Positions 18,966 to 28,555 of a stretch of 64,000 bases of DNA are shown here, piece by piece. Source of the stretch: Pontiella sp. (GTDB lineage Bacteria > Verrucomicrobiota > Kiritimatiellia > Kiritimatiellales > Pontiellaceae). Where the stretch lies: the NCBI GenBank assembly GCA_050290185.1, contig JBNKHE010000007.1, positions 32,001 through 96,000 of the forward strand. The letters are read 5' to 3'. Numbering within the stretch: the stretch's first letter is position 1; every line of letters begins with the position of its first letter. The translations under genes and the position numbers were made by a program. Under the pieces are notes generated by a model. It made no database searches. It saw only the letters and a program-made list of their open reading frames with translations, and had not been told where the DNA came from.

Positions 18966-19631
18966 TCATTCGAAGTTCGCCTTAAACGAGTCGAATGCAT
19001 TCTTTAGATCGCCAAGTTCCTTTTGGAGCCTGGCGATTTCTATTTCCATGGCTTCGATACGGTCATCGGAGGAACCGGGGTGGGATTCGACCGCGGGGGC
19101 CGTTGCTGGTTCCTCAATATGCCCGGACGGGTCTCCGCCGAAGAGGTGGGCCCAGCGGCGTTCGCGCTTGCCGGGCTCGCGTGGCAGGTGGACGACAAAT
19201 GGGCCTTCCGAGTGATTAGCCAGTCCCTGAAGAATCTCTTCCACTTCGCTGGCGTCGGCGAGTGGGTGTAGGCGTGCGGCATGGGCGCGGAGATCGCCGG
19301 GAGTCTGAGGGCCACGGATAAACAGTTCGCAGAGAATAGCCATCTTGGCGGGTGAAAAATTCCAGTGCGCGGCCATGTTGTGCCGGTACTTTAGGGACCG
19401 GCTTCCGGTCGAACTGACTTCCATGGCCAGTTTGTGGTCCATCCGCAGCTTGTCCAGTACGTGTTCGACGGTCAGTTCATCAAGTGCCATGACGGGATGG
19501 CGGTTTGATTTTTGGTTGCAGGCGTTTGTCAGGGCATTAAGCGTGAGCGGATAGTATTCCGGGGTTGCGATTTCCTTTTCGATTAGACAACCGAGTACGC
19601 GCTCTTCAATGGGATTCAGTTCCAGATCCAT
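18966..19631 (-). CDS. YceH/DUF480 family protein
   Basis: ERVLGCLIEKEIATPEYYPLTLNAL..ACNQKSNR, RGPQT.G.LR, RWAHL. Confidence 0.92.
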   Translation of the reverse strand: MDLELNPIEERVLGCLIEKEIATPEYYPLTLNALTNACNQKSNRHPVMALDELTVEHVLDKLRMDHKLAMEVSSTGSRSLKYRHNMAAHWNFSPAKMAILCELFIRGPQTPGDLRAHAARLHPLADASEVEEILQGLANHSEGPFVVHLPREPGKRERRWAHLFGGDPSGHIEEPATAPAVESHPGSSDDRIEAMEIEIARLQKELGDLKNAFDSFKANFE

Positions 19632-19798
19632 AGAATCTCCTCCAAGTATCATATCATATGATAGTCGCATGGATTGCTCTGAGGAACGTTTTTCTCGTTA
19701 GAGACCATCGATGGAAACCTTTTTTGCAGTCTTGTTGCGATATATCAATTCGTGTGGGCGTTGGGGAAAATAAATTCCATGCCCAAGGAAATATCCCT

Positions 19799-20848
19799 CT
19801 ATTGAGCCATCTGCACGTTGACCTTGAAAAAGCCTTGGTTTTCTGCCGAGACGGCCGTCGATGTGTAGCTGTTCTGAGGGAAGGTAATACCCGTTTCCAG
19901 AGACGTGAACGCGCTACCTAGTTTGTCGTTCCATGTTATCGAGTATGTTCTTCCTTCCACGGCATTCCAGTTGATTACGACTTCGGAAGAAGGTTGGGTA
20001 ACCGAATTCGTGACTGAAATCTGGAAAAAGGACGCACTGTTCGTTGGGATCGTGCCGGCAATATACTCGTCCAGATTGTTGTAGCCATCGGAGTCGGGGT
20101 CGTTGGTGGCGACACAACTGGCCGTGCTGGAAAAATACTGAGATTCCCATGAGTCGGGTATATTGTCTGCGTCGAAATCCACGACGACAGAACTCAAGTC
20201 CGAGTAGCTGAAGTTGGAAGGTGTTCCATTTCCATCCGACAAGCCGACAATCACGCTACTGCCGTAGTTTGCAGAGACGTTTATCCATGACATACGGATG
20301 GTTCCATCAAAAAATATTTCGCACTGGGCCGTGCATAGTTGATTTGTATCGTTGCTGAAATGAGGAACATCCAAGTATGTGATCACAAACCGGTCATCAA
20401 GTTCTTCAGATTTAACCTGGCCGCTGTCCCTGGTGTCCAGATCGGTGTAAAACAAGGAAATCCGTGCCTGGGAAAAATGGTTGCTGACTGATGCCGTCCA
20501 CGTTGTGTCTATGGATTCGAATGTTAGGTAGCCGTTGCTCCCGATATATACGGTGTCATAGGTTGTGCCATATAATGAAACACTGGTGTTAATATTGACC
20601 GCAATTGAACCGTCGTCCGTTCCTGCCCATAAGAGCCCTGTGGCGTCCGTCGTGTCAACCGGAAGGTTGGTGATTCCCACTCCGCTTTCCGAGTAGAAAT
20701 TCTCCGAACCATCTGGGGTGAATGTTAGCGAGACGCCATTCAAATCAAAGTTTCCACTAAAATACTGCGTATAGTAATTGGCAGAAATAGCGGTTGTGCA
20801 AAACAAGAAAATCTGCACCAGAACAACGATTAAACTTTTACAATTCAT
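19799..20848 (-). CDS. Secreted protein with nidogen(NIDO)-like domain and PVC-type C-terminal domain
   Basis: Signal peptide; DDGS, VYIGSNGYLTF, ISLFYTDLD, FFDGTI; C-terminal DFDADNIPDSWE..DPDSDG.NNLDEYIAGT.P..FFKVNV. Confidence 0.72.
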   Translation of the reverse strand: MNCKSLIVVLVQIFLFCTTAISANYYTQYFSGNFDLNGVSLTFTPDGSENFYSESGVGITNLPVDTTDATGLLWAGTDDGSIAVNINTSVSLYGTTYDTVYIGSNGYLTFESIDTTWTASVSNHFSQARISLFYTDLDTRDSGQVKSEELDDRFVITYLDVPHFSNDTNQLCTAQCEIFFDGTIRMSWINVSANYGSSVIVGLSDGNGTPSNFSYSDLSSVVVDFDADNIPDSWESQYFSSTASCVATNDPDSDGYNNLDEYIAGTIPTNSASFFQISVTNSVTQPSSEVVINWNAVEGRTYSITWNDKLGSAFTSLETGITFPQNSYTSTAVSAENQGFFKVNVQMAQ

Positions 20849-21510
20849 GTTTCCTGCTCCTAAGGTCGAGTATTCGATGGCTGTGTAATCGTATAGAATA
20901 TTAACACAATCATCGTTATGTTGCATGAAATGACTGGCTTTATACAAGTTTTGTTTCCGATGGTTGTGTTTCATTCGAGATGTTTTAAGTGTCGTTGTGA
21001 AGGATCAGCATCCTCTCATATTTTTGATGTATCCCCACGTAGCGCGTCGACTCGAAGGGTCGCATACTTCGGTTTAGCGGAGAACGTGTGAGCCGTTGGG
21101 CAGTTCGCAATACTTAGCCATCACATGGATTGAACGGAATCTTGAGGTGTTGGCGGCCGATCCAAACAGTGTTTTATTCCTATTGTACTTGCTCCATACA
21201 TACGGCCACCAGATTGCATTTGAACGAGAGATGGTTGATAGGGATGTCCGTATTATTTGTCATGCGAACTCATTGTGCATTGGATGATGCCAGGGTTTGA
21301 TATTGTTGGGAAAAAGTGCGAAAAAGCAGGTTCATTGTACAAAAGGGTGAGTGGTTGGTTGCATCTCAGCTTTTTTCTTTGGCTTGTTAGCCCGAATCTA
21401 CCGCTTGATCCATATGGTCATTCACAAGGTGGATATTTCGGTTGAACCGAGGAGAGAAAAGCACTTGTATCCACTGCATTCATAAATTTTACGAAAAGGA
21501 TTGGAACCCG

Positions 21511-21849
21511 ATGGATTTAATACGTGTAGCAGACGCTCTGGATGCTGAGCTGGTCTGGGGCCCCGCGGGGTGGGAGCAGATCAATATAGAAACGGTTTTT
21601 GCTTCGGACCTGATGAGCGATGTGCTGATGAGCGACCGCGATGAACTGCTGTTGATTACTTCGCTTTCCACCGAACAGTCGATTCGGTCGGCCAGCATTG
21701 TCGGTTCTGAAGCCGTGATGATTGCCAACGGAAAGACGGTGACAGCCGGTATGGTGGAGCTGGCACAGGATCAGGACATCGCTCTTTTTTGCACCCGTTT
21801 TCCAAAATACGAGTCCTGCGTAAAGCTGGGCCGGGTGCTGGGAACCTGA
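21511..21849 (+). CDS. DRTGG-domain protein
   Basis: FASDLMSDVL..LLITSL..SIRSA..GK; RBS AAGGA. Confidence 0.82.
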   Translation: MDLIRVADALDAELVWGPAGWEQINIETVFASDLMSDVLMSDRDELLLITSLSTEQSIRSASIVGSEAVMIANGKTVTAGMVELAQDQDIALFCTRFPKYESCVKLGRVLGT

Positions 21850-22781
21850 TGGATGAGGCGCGCACAGAGCCGCTCCAGTCTTCGTTGCGGGTGCAGGAGT
21901 TGATCTATGGACTCCGGATCAGCGAAGTGATGACCAGTAAGGTTTTCGCTGTATCCCGTAACTGCACGATGCAGGACGTACGCATCATCATGAAGGAAAA
22001 TTCGATCAGCGGTGTGCCGGTGGTGGATAGCAAGCGTGTCGTTGGTATTGTTACCATGAACGATCTTATGAATGCTCTGGAACAGGGGGCCATGGACGAT
22101 TGTGTGACGCAGTGGATGGCGGGCGATGTGCAAACTCTGGCAGAGGATATGCCGCTCTCATTTGCCATCTCGGCATTTGGGAAATTCCCATTTCGTCAGT
22201 TTCCGATCGTGAACAAGAAAAACGAACTCGTGGGGATCATCACGTTCCGGAACATCAACCTGGCATTGATCCGGGAGCTTTCGCGCCAACTGCGCGAAAT
22301 GGAAAACAAGCATGAAAATCCCGCGGATCCGGAATCGTTGGCTCTGGTGAAGGTTTATCAGTTGCATCGCTATGATTTTGAAAACGGCGGAAAGGCTTCG
22401 AGCGAAATCAAACGCTTCCTGAAGGAGCGCGGCATATCGTCCAAGCTGATCCGGCGGGTTGCTGTGGCCAGCTATGAGCTGGAAATCAATCTGGTTGCTC
22501 ATTCGATCGGAGGGATGCTTGCTTTCGATATCAATGAACGCCGGGTGAAGATTTCGTCGCATGACCGGGGGCCGGGCATTGCGGACATTGACCAGGCCAT
22601 GACGGAAGGCTATTCAACGGCGAATGAATGGATCCGTTCGCAGGGTTTCGGGGCAGGGATGGGATTGCCGAATGTTAATCGGGTTTCCGACGAGTTTGCC
22701 ATCAAGTCCTCCGTTGGCATGGGAACCATGGTGCAGTCGATTATCTATTTGAACCGGGAGGATGAAGATGAAAATCAGTGA
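21849..22781 (+). CDS. CBS-pair fused to RsbT/anti-sigma-factor-type Ser/Thr kinase (HATPase_c)
   Basis: ISGVPVVD and FPIVN..VGII CBS motifs; VASYELEINLVAH (N box), DRGPGI (G1), GYST, GFGAGMGLPN (G2). Confidence 0.85.
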   Translation: MDEARTEPLQSSLRVQELIYGLRISEVMTSKVFAVSRNCTMQDVRIIMKENSISGVPVVDSKRVVGIVTMNDLMNALEQGAMDDCVTQWMAGDVQTLAEDMPLSFAISAFGKFPFRQFPIVNKKNELVGIITFRNINLALIRELSRQLREMENKHENPADPESLALVKVYQLHRYDFENGGKASSEIKRFLKERGISSKLIRRVAVASYELEINLVAHSIGGMLAFDINERRVKISSHDRGPGIADIDQAMTEGYSTANEWIRSQGFGAGMGLPNVNRVSDEFAIKSSVGMGTMVQSIIYLNREDEDENQ

Positions 22782-23112
22782 TCTTGGAAGGCTGGAAGGC
22801 CTTGTTTGTCTACAAAACGACTATGATGACGCGGAGCTTTCGGGAGGCTATACCTCCGACCTGCTAAGCGACGTGATGGCCCATGCCGAGGAAGGAGCCG
22901 TATTGATCACGATCCAGGCGCATAAGAATACTATTGCAGTGGCCACATTGGCCGGCGTGGGTGCGATAGTTTTCTGCAACAACCGGCCGGTATCCGACGA
23001 TGTGCTGGAATCGGCCCGTAAAGAGGGTATTGCGATTTTTCGTGCATCGGCCAACCAGTTCACGGTTTCTGCCGCAGTTGCCCAGCATCTCGGGAGTTGC
23101 CCCGCCTGCTAG
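22768..23112 (+). CDS. Second DRTGG-domain protein
   Basis: GYTSDLLSDVMA..LITIQAHKNTIAVA; overlaps the kinase stop. Confidence 0.82.
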   Translation: MKISDLGRLEGLVCLQNDYDDAELSGGYTSDLLSDVMAHAEEGAVLITIQAHKNTIAVATLAGVGAIVFCNNRPVSDDVLESARKEGIAIFRASANQFTVSAAVAQHLGSCPAC

Positions 23113-23121
23113 GAGAAGTCG

Positions 23122-23826
23122 ATGCACTATCGAGCGGATTTTCATATACACAGTTGCTTGTCGCCCTGTGCTTCGTTGGAAATGTCGCCGGCAGCAATTG
23201 TTCGCCAGGCCAAGGATGTGGGCTTGAATGCGATAGCGCTTACCGACCATAACGCGGCATTCAACCTGCCTGCATTTGCGTCCGTGTGCCAACGCCTCGA
23301 TATGGATTGTCTTTATGGCCTGGAGGTCACGTCGGTCGAGGAGGCGCATATGCTTTGCCTCTTTGACGAGCTGGATGCGGCGCTTGAATTGGGCGAACGC
23401 GTGTATGCCAGCCTTCCCGATATCCGCAATCAACCAGACCGCTTTGGCGATCAACCGATTATTGACGAGCATGAGGAGATTCTTGGATTTGCCGAGAAAT
23501 TTCTGATCAGTGCCTCGTCATATGATATTGGTTCGCTGCTGGACCAGGTGCATTCGCTGGGCGGCTTGTTTGCGCCGGCGCACATCGACCGGGCGGTGTT
23601 TGGCGTTATTGCCCAGTTGGGTTTTCTTCCAGAAGAGGATTTCGATGCGGTTGAACTGACGCCGCGTGGCCGCCGCACACTGGCCCAGAACTACCCGATT
23701 CTTCGGAATTCGGACTCACATCAGCTTTCAACCATAGGATCGGCTTGCAGTGAATTTGATCTCGACCGGCTCAGCGTGCGCAACCTGCGTGAGTGCCTAC
23801 ATGCCCAGCGCGATCGTATGCGTTGA
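23122..23826 (+). CDS. PHP-family metal-dependent phosphoesterase
   Basis: DFHIHSCLSPC, ALTDHN, GLE..EEAH, AHIDR, NSDSH. Confidence 0.9.
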   Translation: MHYRADFHIHSCLSPCASLEMSPAAIVRQAKDVGLNAIALTDHNAAFNLPAFASVCQRLDMDCLYGLEVTSVEEAHMLCLFDELDAALELGERVYASLPDIRNQPDRFGDQPIIDEHEEILGFAEKFLISASSYDIGSLLDQVHSLGGLFAPAHIDRAVFGVIAQLGFLPEEDFDAVELTPRGRRTLAQNYPILRNSDSHQLSTIGSACSEFDLDRLSVRNLRECLHAQRDRMR

Positions 23827-26115
23827 GTTTTCTGTAGACACCGCTTTGGCCGCGGACTGCCGGATCCATTTTTTAAGCAGCAGCTGGGGGTAGGCGGGGG
23901 TGAAGTTGTAGGATAAAGCCAGATCGTCGAATGGTTGCTCCAAGTCTGGAAAACGATAGCTCAGCGCGACGCATAGGAGCGCCTTTTCCTGTGCGCTGAT
24001 GTCGAGATTCCGGATGGCTTCCAGGGTTGTTGTTTCTTCTCCGGAAAGCATCTTTACGATCCTGTTGTAACTGCTCCGGCCAGCGTCAACCTCTCGGATG
24101 GCTTTTTCCATGTTTCGCTCGGCTATCTGGAGCTTGTTTTGGCTCATTGCCGCACAATAAAGCACCAGGTGTTCCCAGTAGGGATGGTCCCTCTTTTGTG
24201 AAATTAGGGCGTCAGCGTCTGCAATCTGATCGCGGTGCAGGAATTCCTCCAGTGCGGTATGGGGGTTGCCCATGTCGGCCATGCATTCCAGATAGTCGCT
24301 AATATTGCCGACTGCGTAGAATCGAATGGCATTAAGATGAAGCAGATCTTCGGGCCACTTTTCACCGATTCTGGAGATTTCTGTGGCTGCTTCCTTGTGA
24401 TAGCCGGCGCACGTTAGGTAGAGCACGGTTCTGTCCGCGAGGCTTCGTGATTGTGACTGGATCCGGGTTTTCAGTGTGTCGGAGAGAAGCGAGTCATAGT
24501 CACGTAATGCAAGGAGTATGTTTTCGTTCAATTCCCTGAAGGCTCCGTTTTGAGGGGATCGTTGCATGGCTTGGGTAGAGAAGGGCAGGGCTTCTTTGAA
24601 CTGGCCGCGGATATAATGATCGTGTGCAATGGCATAGAGTCCGAGTCCGCCCATGGCGTTGTTTTTATCCGCGTGTTCATAAAGCCGGTATGCGCTTTGG
24701 CGGTCTCTCACAACCCGGGCTAGCAGGTAGTAATTCGTTGCGTCGTCCGGGTTGCTGTTGCAGCGCAATGTGTATTCATGTTCCAAGTCATGCCGAGGGT
24801 GGTTGATCGTCATATAGTTCTGGTAGTAGAGGTGCCAGGGAAGCAGAGACGGCGCGGCGTCCATTCCTTTGCGCAGGAATGCAAGAATCTCGGAATCGTC
24901 GGCCCCTTTGAAGGCGACCTGCAAAAGCTCTGCGGACTCTTTCAGTGCCGGATTCATGCGCAGTGCGTGGCGGGCATATGCGGTGGCAGAATCTTCCTGC
25001 TCAAGTCGGAGCATCAATTTCACCATGGCCATATGGGATTCGGGACGATAGAGGCTTATGGATGGTATCCTCTTCGCCTTGGGTGAAATTTTATGCAGAC
25101 CATGTTGAGGTTCTGATATCCCCGTGAAGAGGCGGATTCGGCCGGAGGATGAATAGGTGGTTTGGTTGTTTTTGTTATGGTCTGAAGATGCCGCTATCGC
25201 AAGCAAAGCCATGTTGTCTGGATTAATCACAAGCAGATGCTTTTCCAGCAGTTGCTTGATCAAGGGAATCGAGTACCGGAAGGATTGCGGAGGACTGTCT
25301 TCCATTTTTAATTCGTGTTCACCGAGCCTTAGTTTAATCTGTTTAGCATCACCGGGTTCGAGTTCATAGGTTTGATCGTCCAAGGCGAATCCATATTTTT
25401 GGAGTGAGCCGTTAACGATCCATGCCTTGTAGTTCTGCAATGATGAAACAGCCATGGTAATCATAACTATGGCAGCGGTTGCTGTGAGGGTAATAAGCGG
25501 CGTATAAGCGCGCAGGGGCGATTCTGGTTGAACCTTGAGTGCATCGAGATCTTTCGTTCCCTCCGAGGCTTCAAGCAAGCTTTGGCAATAGGCCAGTAGC
25601 TCTTCGGCTTGTTTACCTGCTCCAAGTACAATGGCCTTGCGGCAGTAATTCATGGCTTCCTGATATTCACTGAAGCGGCTCAGGCCCTGTGCGATGAGAT
25701 GCTGGATCTGCATGTTGGTTTCGAAGCGCAGACCGTACGATTTTCGTACATCATGGAACCACGATTCCATATCGTAGACCATTAATGTATGCAAGGCATG
25801 TGCACAGTTTTGAGGGTTGTCGGGCTCGGAGGCAAATCCCTCCATCATGAGATCGAGGTTGCGTTGCCGCTCCTTTGCGTACTTGCGGGCAGAGGTGACT
25901 CCCCGGTTGCCACATTGCGGGCATTCGTCAACCATGCGAAATTTGCCAATCGGCAGGAGTGGAATATTTACCAGTTTTGCGAAACGAGTGGTGGAATAGG
26001 TACTAAGCATCGTCAGCCGATGACATGCATCACATCGGCAAAAATGGGTCGTTATGTCGGATTTTCCAATATATTCCGTCTCAAACAGCATTGCATTCCC
26101 CGTAGTCACTACCAT
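23797..26115 (-). CDS. Uncharacterised membrane protein: N-terminal zinc ribbon, TPR-like repeats, one TM helix, C-terminal TPR region (start may be 26091)
   Basis: CDAC...IPLLP...CPQC; LITLTATAAIVMITMAV helix; helical repeats such as YYLLAR and ALPFSTQAMQRSP. Confidence 0.7.
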   Translation of the reverse strand: MVVTTGNAMLFETEYIGKSDITTHFCRCDACHRLTMLSTYSTTRFAKLVNIPLLPIGKFRMVDECPQCGNRGVTSARKYAKERQRNLDLMMEGFASEPDNPQNCAHALHTLMVYDMESWFHDVRKSYGLRFETNMQIQHLIAQGLSRFSEYQEAMNYCRKAIVLGAGKQAEELLAYCQSLLEASEGTKDLDALKVQPESPLRAYTPLITLTATAAIVMITMAVSSLQNYKAWIVNGSLQKYGFALDDQTYELEPGDAKQIKLRLGEHELKMEDSPPQSFRYSIPLIKQLLEKHLLVINPDNMALLAIAASSDHNKNNQTTYSSSGRIRLFTGISEPQHGLHKISPKAKRIPSISLYRPESHMAMVKLMLRLEQEDSATAYARHALRMNPALKESAELLQVAFKGADDSEILAFLRKGMDAAPSLLPWHLYYQNYMTINHPRHDLEHEYTLRCNSNPDDATNYYLLARVVRDRQSAYRLYEHADKNNAMGGLGLYAIAHDHYIRGQFKEALPFSTQAMQRSPQNGAFRELNENILLALRDYDSLLSDTLKTRIQSQSRSLADRTVLYLTCAGYHKEAATEISRIGEKWPEDLLHLNAIRFYAVGNISDYLECMADMGNPHTALEEFLHRDQIADADALISQKRDHPYWEHLVLYCAAMSQNKLQIAERNMEKAIREVDAGRSSYNRIVKMLSGEETTTLEAIRNLDISAQEKALLCVALSYRFPDLEQPFDDLALSYNFTPAYPQLLLKKWIRQSAAKAVSTENSTHTIALGM

Positions 26116-26265
26116 TTGGTGAAACTTACAAAAAATAATGAGCCAAACTAGAGTAAGCAGATAGTGTGCAAACTATCTTGTATATGTACTAAAAAATGCA
26201 GCTTATATCCCGTTTAGATGGCTCGGGTGCTGTGGCTACGGACTGATTGTGGAGTTGAGTCGTTG

Positions 26266-27024
26266 TTATTTCTTTTTGTCTTTTACAAAGACGGATTGGG
26301 AAGAACCGTTTCGACGACGATCGATATCAAACAATCCGGTCGCCTCAAAGAGGAGCGTAAACGTACGGTATCCATAGCTGCGGGGGTCGAAATCGGGATA
26401 TTGACGTTTAATCAAGCTGCCGCAGGCCGACAACAGTGCCCATCCATCTTCATCCGCATACTCATCGACGGCATTCCTAAGGGTCTTAACCAGTTTGGTG
26501 TCCTGACAGAGTTCGCGTTTGGATTTTCTTGATGTGTTCTTTGGCACATCTTTTTCGCTTTCGGGTTTTTCTTCGTCAGTTGCCTGAAGCACTTCGGTCA
26601 GGATAAAATCATCGCAGGCATTGCGGAATGCAACCGGCGTTTTACCTTCGCCAACTCCGAAAACATAAATCTGGGATTCTTTTAATCGGGAAGCCAGCTT
26701 GGTGAAATCGCTATCGCTCGTTACGAGTGCGAAAGCATCGAACTGGTCGGAGTAGAGCAGATCCATGGCGTCAATAATCATGGCGGCATCGGAGGAGTTC
26801 TTGCCCTGGGTATAGGAAAACTGCTGAACCGGGTTTATCGCCAGTTCGTTTAGCGGTTGTTTCCAGTTTTTCAGATGGTTGCTGCTCCAGTCGCCGTAGG
26901 CTTTTTTTACGATGATATGGCCGTGCTTGGACAGTTCGTTCAAGACGGCACCCATTACGCTGTGCTGAGCATTTTCGGCATCGATTAAAACGGCGATTTT
27001 TTTTGCGGCATCAATATCTTTCAT
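26266..27024 (-). CDS. NYN-domain (LabA/DUF88) protein with C-terminal OST-HTH/LOTUS domain
   Basis: IAVLIDAEN, YGDW, GKNSSD, TSDSDF, ACDDF; PDFDPRSYGY. Confidence 0.9.
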   Translation of the reverse strand: MKDIDAAKKIAVLIDAENAQHSVMGAVLNELSKHGHIIVKKAYGDWSSNHLKNWKQPLNELAINPVQQFSYTQGKNSSDAAMIIDAMDLLYSDQFDAFALVTSDSDFTKLASRLKESQIYVFGVGEGKTPVAFRNACDDFILTEVLQATDEEKPESEKDVPKNTSRKSKRELCQDTKLVKTLRNAVDEYADEDGWALLSACGSLIKRQYPDFDPRSYGYRTFTLLFEATGLFDIDRRRNGSSQSVFVKDKKK

Positions 27025-27149
27025 TTCTGGCCTGGCCTTTCGTTGATTCGTCAGAAGCATACCGTCAGTTTCCCAATTTCGCAAGTGCGGTGGATTGCAA
27101 GTCGTTCGTGAAAATGCGATAACGCACACGTAGGAAGGAAGGTTTTAGC

Positions 27150-28232
27150 ATGGCGAAAGAATTATTTATTCAGTGGGGCTTCCCTCAACAGGAAACATTT
27201 CTGATGGCGGGGCCGTGCAGTGCGGAAAGCGAAGAACAGGTTTTGACGATTGCCCGTGCGCTTGCGGGACAGGGGGTGGGCGTTATGCGTGCCGGTCTGT
27301 GGAAGCCCAGAACACGGCCCGGCAGTTTTGAAGGGGTTGGTTTGAAGGGGTTGGCCTGGCTGGATCGTGCACGTGCTGAAACTGGGTTGAAGGTCGGCAC
27401 CGAAGTTGCGGAACCTTCCCACGTTGAAGCCTGTCTGGAATATGGTTTGGATATGCTGTGGATCGGTGCGCGAACCACAACCAATCCCTTTTCCGTGCAA
27501 TCGATTGCCGATGCCTTGCGCGGAACGGATGTGCCGGTGCTGGTTAAGAATCCGATGAGCGAGGATGTCGGTTTGTGGATAGGGGCTTTGGAGCGCCTGG
27601 CCAATGCGGGGCTTTCAAAGCTGGGTGCAATTCATCGGGGTGTGGGATCTTCATTGGAGATGCGCTACCGCAATTCGCCTGCATGGAAAATGCCCATCGA
27701 GCTGATGCGGAGAATGCCGGAGCTTCCGGTGTTGTGTGATCCCAGCCATATTTGCGGCAGAGCCGACCTGATTGCGACGATTGCCCAGGAAGCCATGGAT
27801 CTTCTTTTTGATGGATTGATGGTGGAGGTGCATTGCGATCCACCGCATGCGTTGTCCGATGCAGCTCAGCAACTCACCCCTGATGAATTTATACGAATGG
27901 TTGCTGGGCTGAATCTGCCCCATGCGGCGGGAGGTCGACCGGAATTCATGAAACTCATGAGTGAATTGCGCGAAAAAGTTGACGGTCTCGATAGTCATCT
28001 CTTGGAGGTCTTGCGCCAGCGCATGGATATCGTGAAGGAAATGGGAAGGTTGAAGTCGAATGAGAATATATCCACACTTCAGCCTGAAAGGTGGCAGACG
28101 ATTCTTAATGACCGTATAGATAAAGGGAATCGCATGGGGTTTGAGGATGGCTTTGTAGAAAGCCTTATGCAACTTATTCATGCGGAGGCGATTCGCCAGC
28201 AGGAGGTCGGCAGGATCGGAACGGATATCTAG
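27150..28232 (+). CDS. Bifunctional DAHP synthase (type I-beta) / chorismate mutase
   Basis: AGPCSAESEEQ, WKPRTRPGSFEG, IGART, KNP, HRG, CDPSH, LSDAAQQ; C-terminal LREKVD.LD..L..R..K AroQ domain. Confidence 0.92.
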   Translation: MAKELFIQWGFPQQETFLMAGPCSAESEEQVLTIARALAGQGVGVMRAGLWKPRTRPGSFEGVGLKGLAWLDRARAETGLKVGTEVAEPSHVEACLEYGLDMLWIGARTTTNPFSVQSIADALRGTDVPVLVKNPMSEDVGLWIGALERLANAGLSKLGAIHRGVGSSLEMRYRNSPAWKMPIELMRRMPELPVLCDPSHICGRADLIATIAQEAMDLLFDGLMVEVHCDPPHALSDAAQQLTPDEFIRMVAGLNLPHAAGGRPEFMKLMSELREKVDGLDSHLLEVLRQRMDIVKEMGRLKSNENISTLQPERWQTILNDRIDKGNRMGFEDGFVESLMQLIHAEAIRQQEVGRIGTDI

Positions 28233-28555
28233 ATAAGAATGAGTTTAGGTATGGTGTTGGGGGGGGGCAAAAAATGGAGTCTCAAACGACCTTGTTGGGT
28301 TTTTACAGCAATTGGAACTTTCATTACACGACCTGTCCTTATATAACTTGATTTTGAGAATAGCGTAGTTGTGGTTGAGATGCGATGGCAGGTTCTTCTG
28401 GATGGAGTAGGCCGTGTGTCGGAATCGGCGCAGAGGGCAAGGTTGCGACGAGGAATAAAGATTGACGCAGGTTGTGATTTCAGGCATCTCTGTAGCCAGA
28501 CTATCTAGATGTGCACTGGGGAGTATACTACACAGTTTTAGGGAACGAGTTGAAG

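Noticed and set aside
20850..21510. Short ORFs or a pseudogene in the long low-GC intergenic region
   Set aside because: The translations examined showed no recognisable motifs or good RBS; treated as a divergent promoter region
26266..27024. NYN-LOTUS protein as a toxin or defence nuclease
   Set aside because: A widespread stand-alone LabA/DUF88 architecture, with no antitoxin or defence neighbours
28259..28267. G9 homopolymer upstream of the TPR-ExbBD locus as a phase-variation tract
   Set aside because: About 290 nt from the start codon and not within a recognisable promoter spacer; no evidence of length variation
28482..28497. AGGCAT-N5-TAGCC as a sigma54 promoter for the TPR locus
   Set aside because: Spacing is right but both boxes deviate from consensus; likely chance
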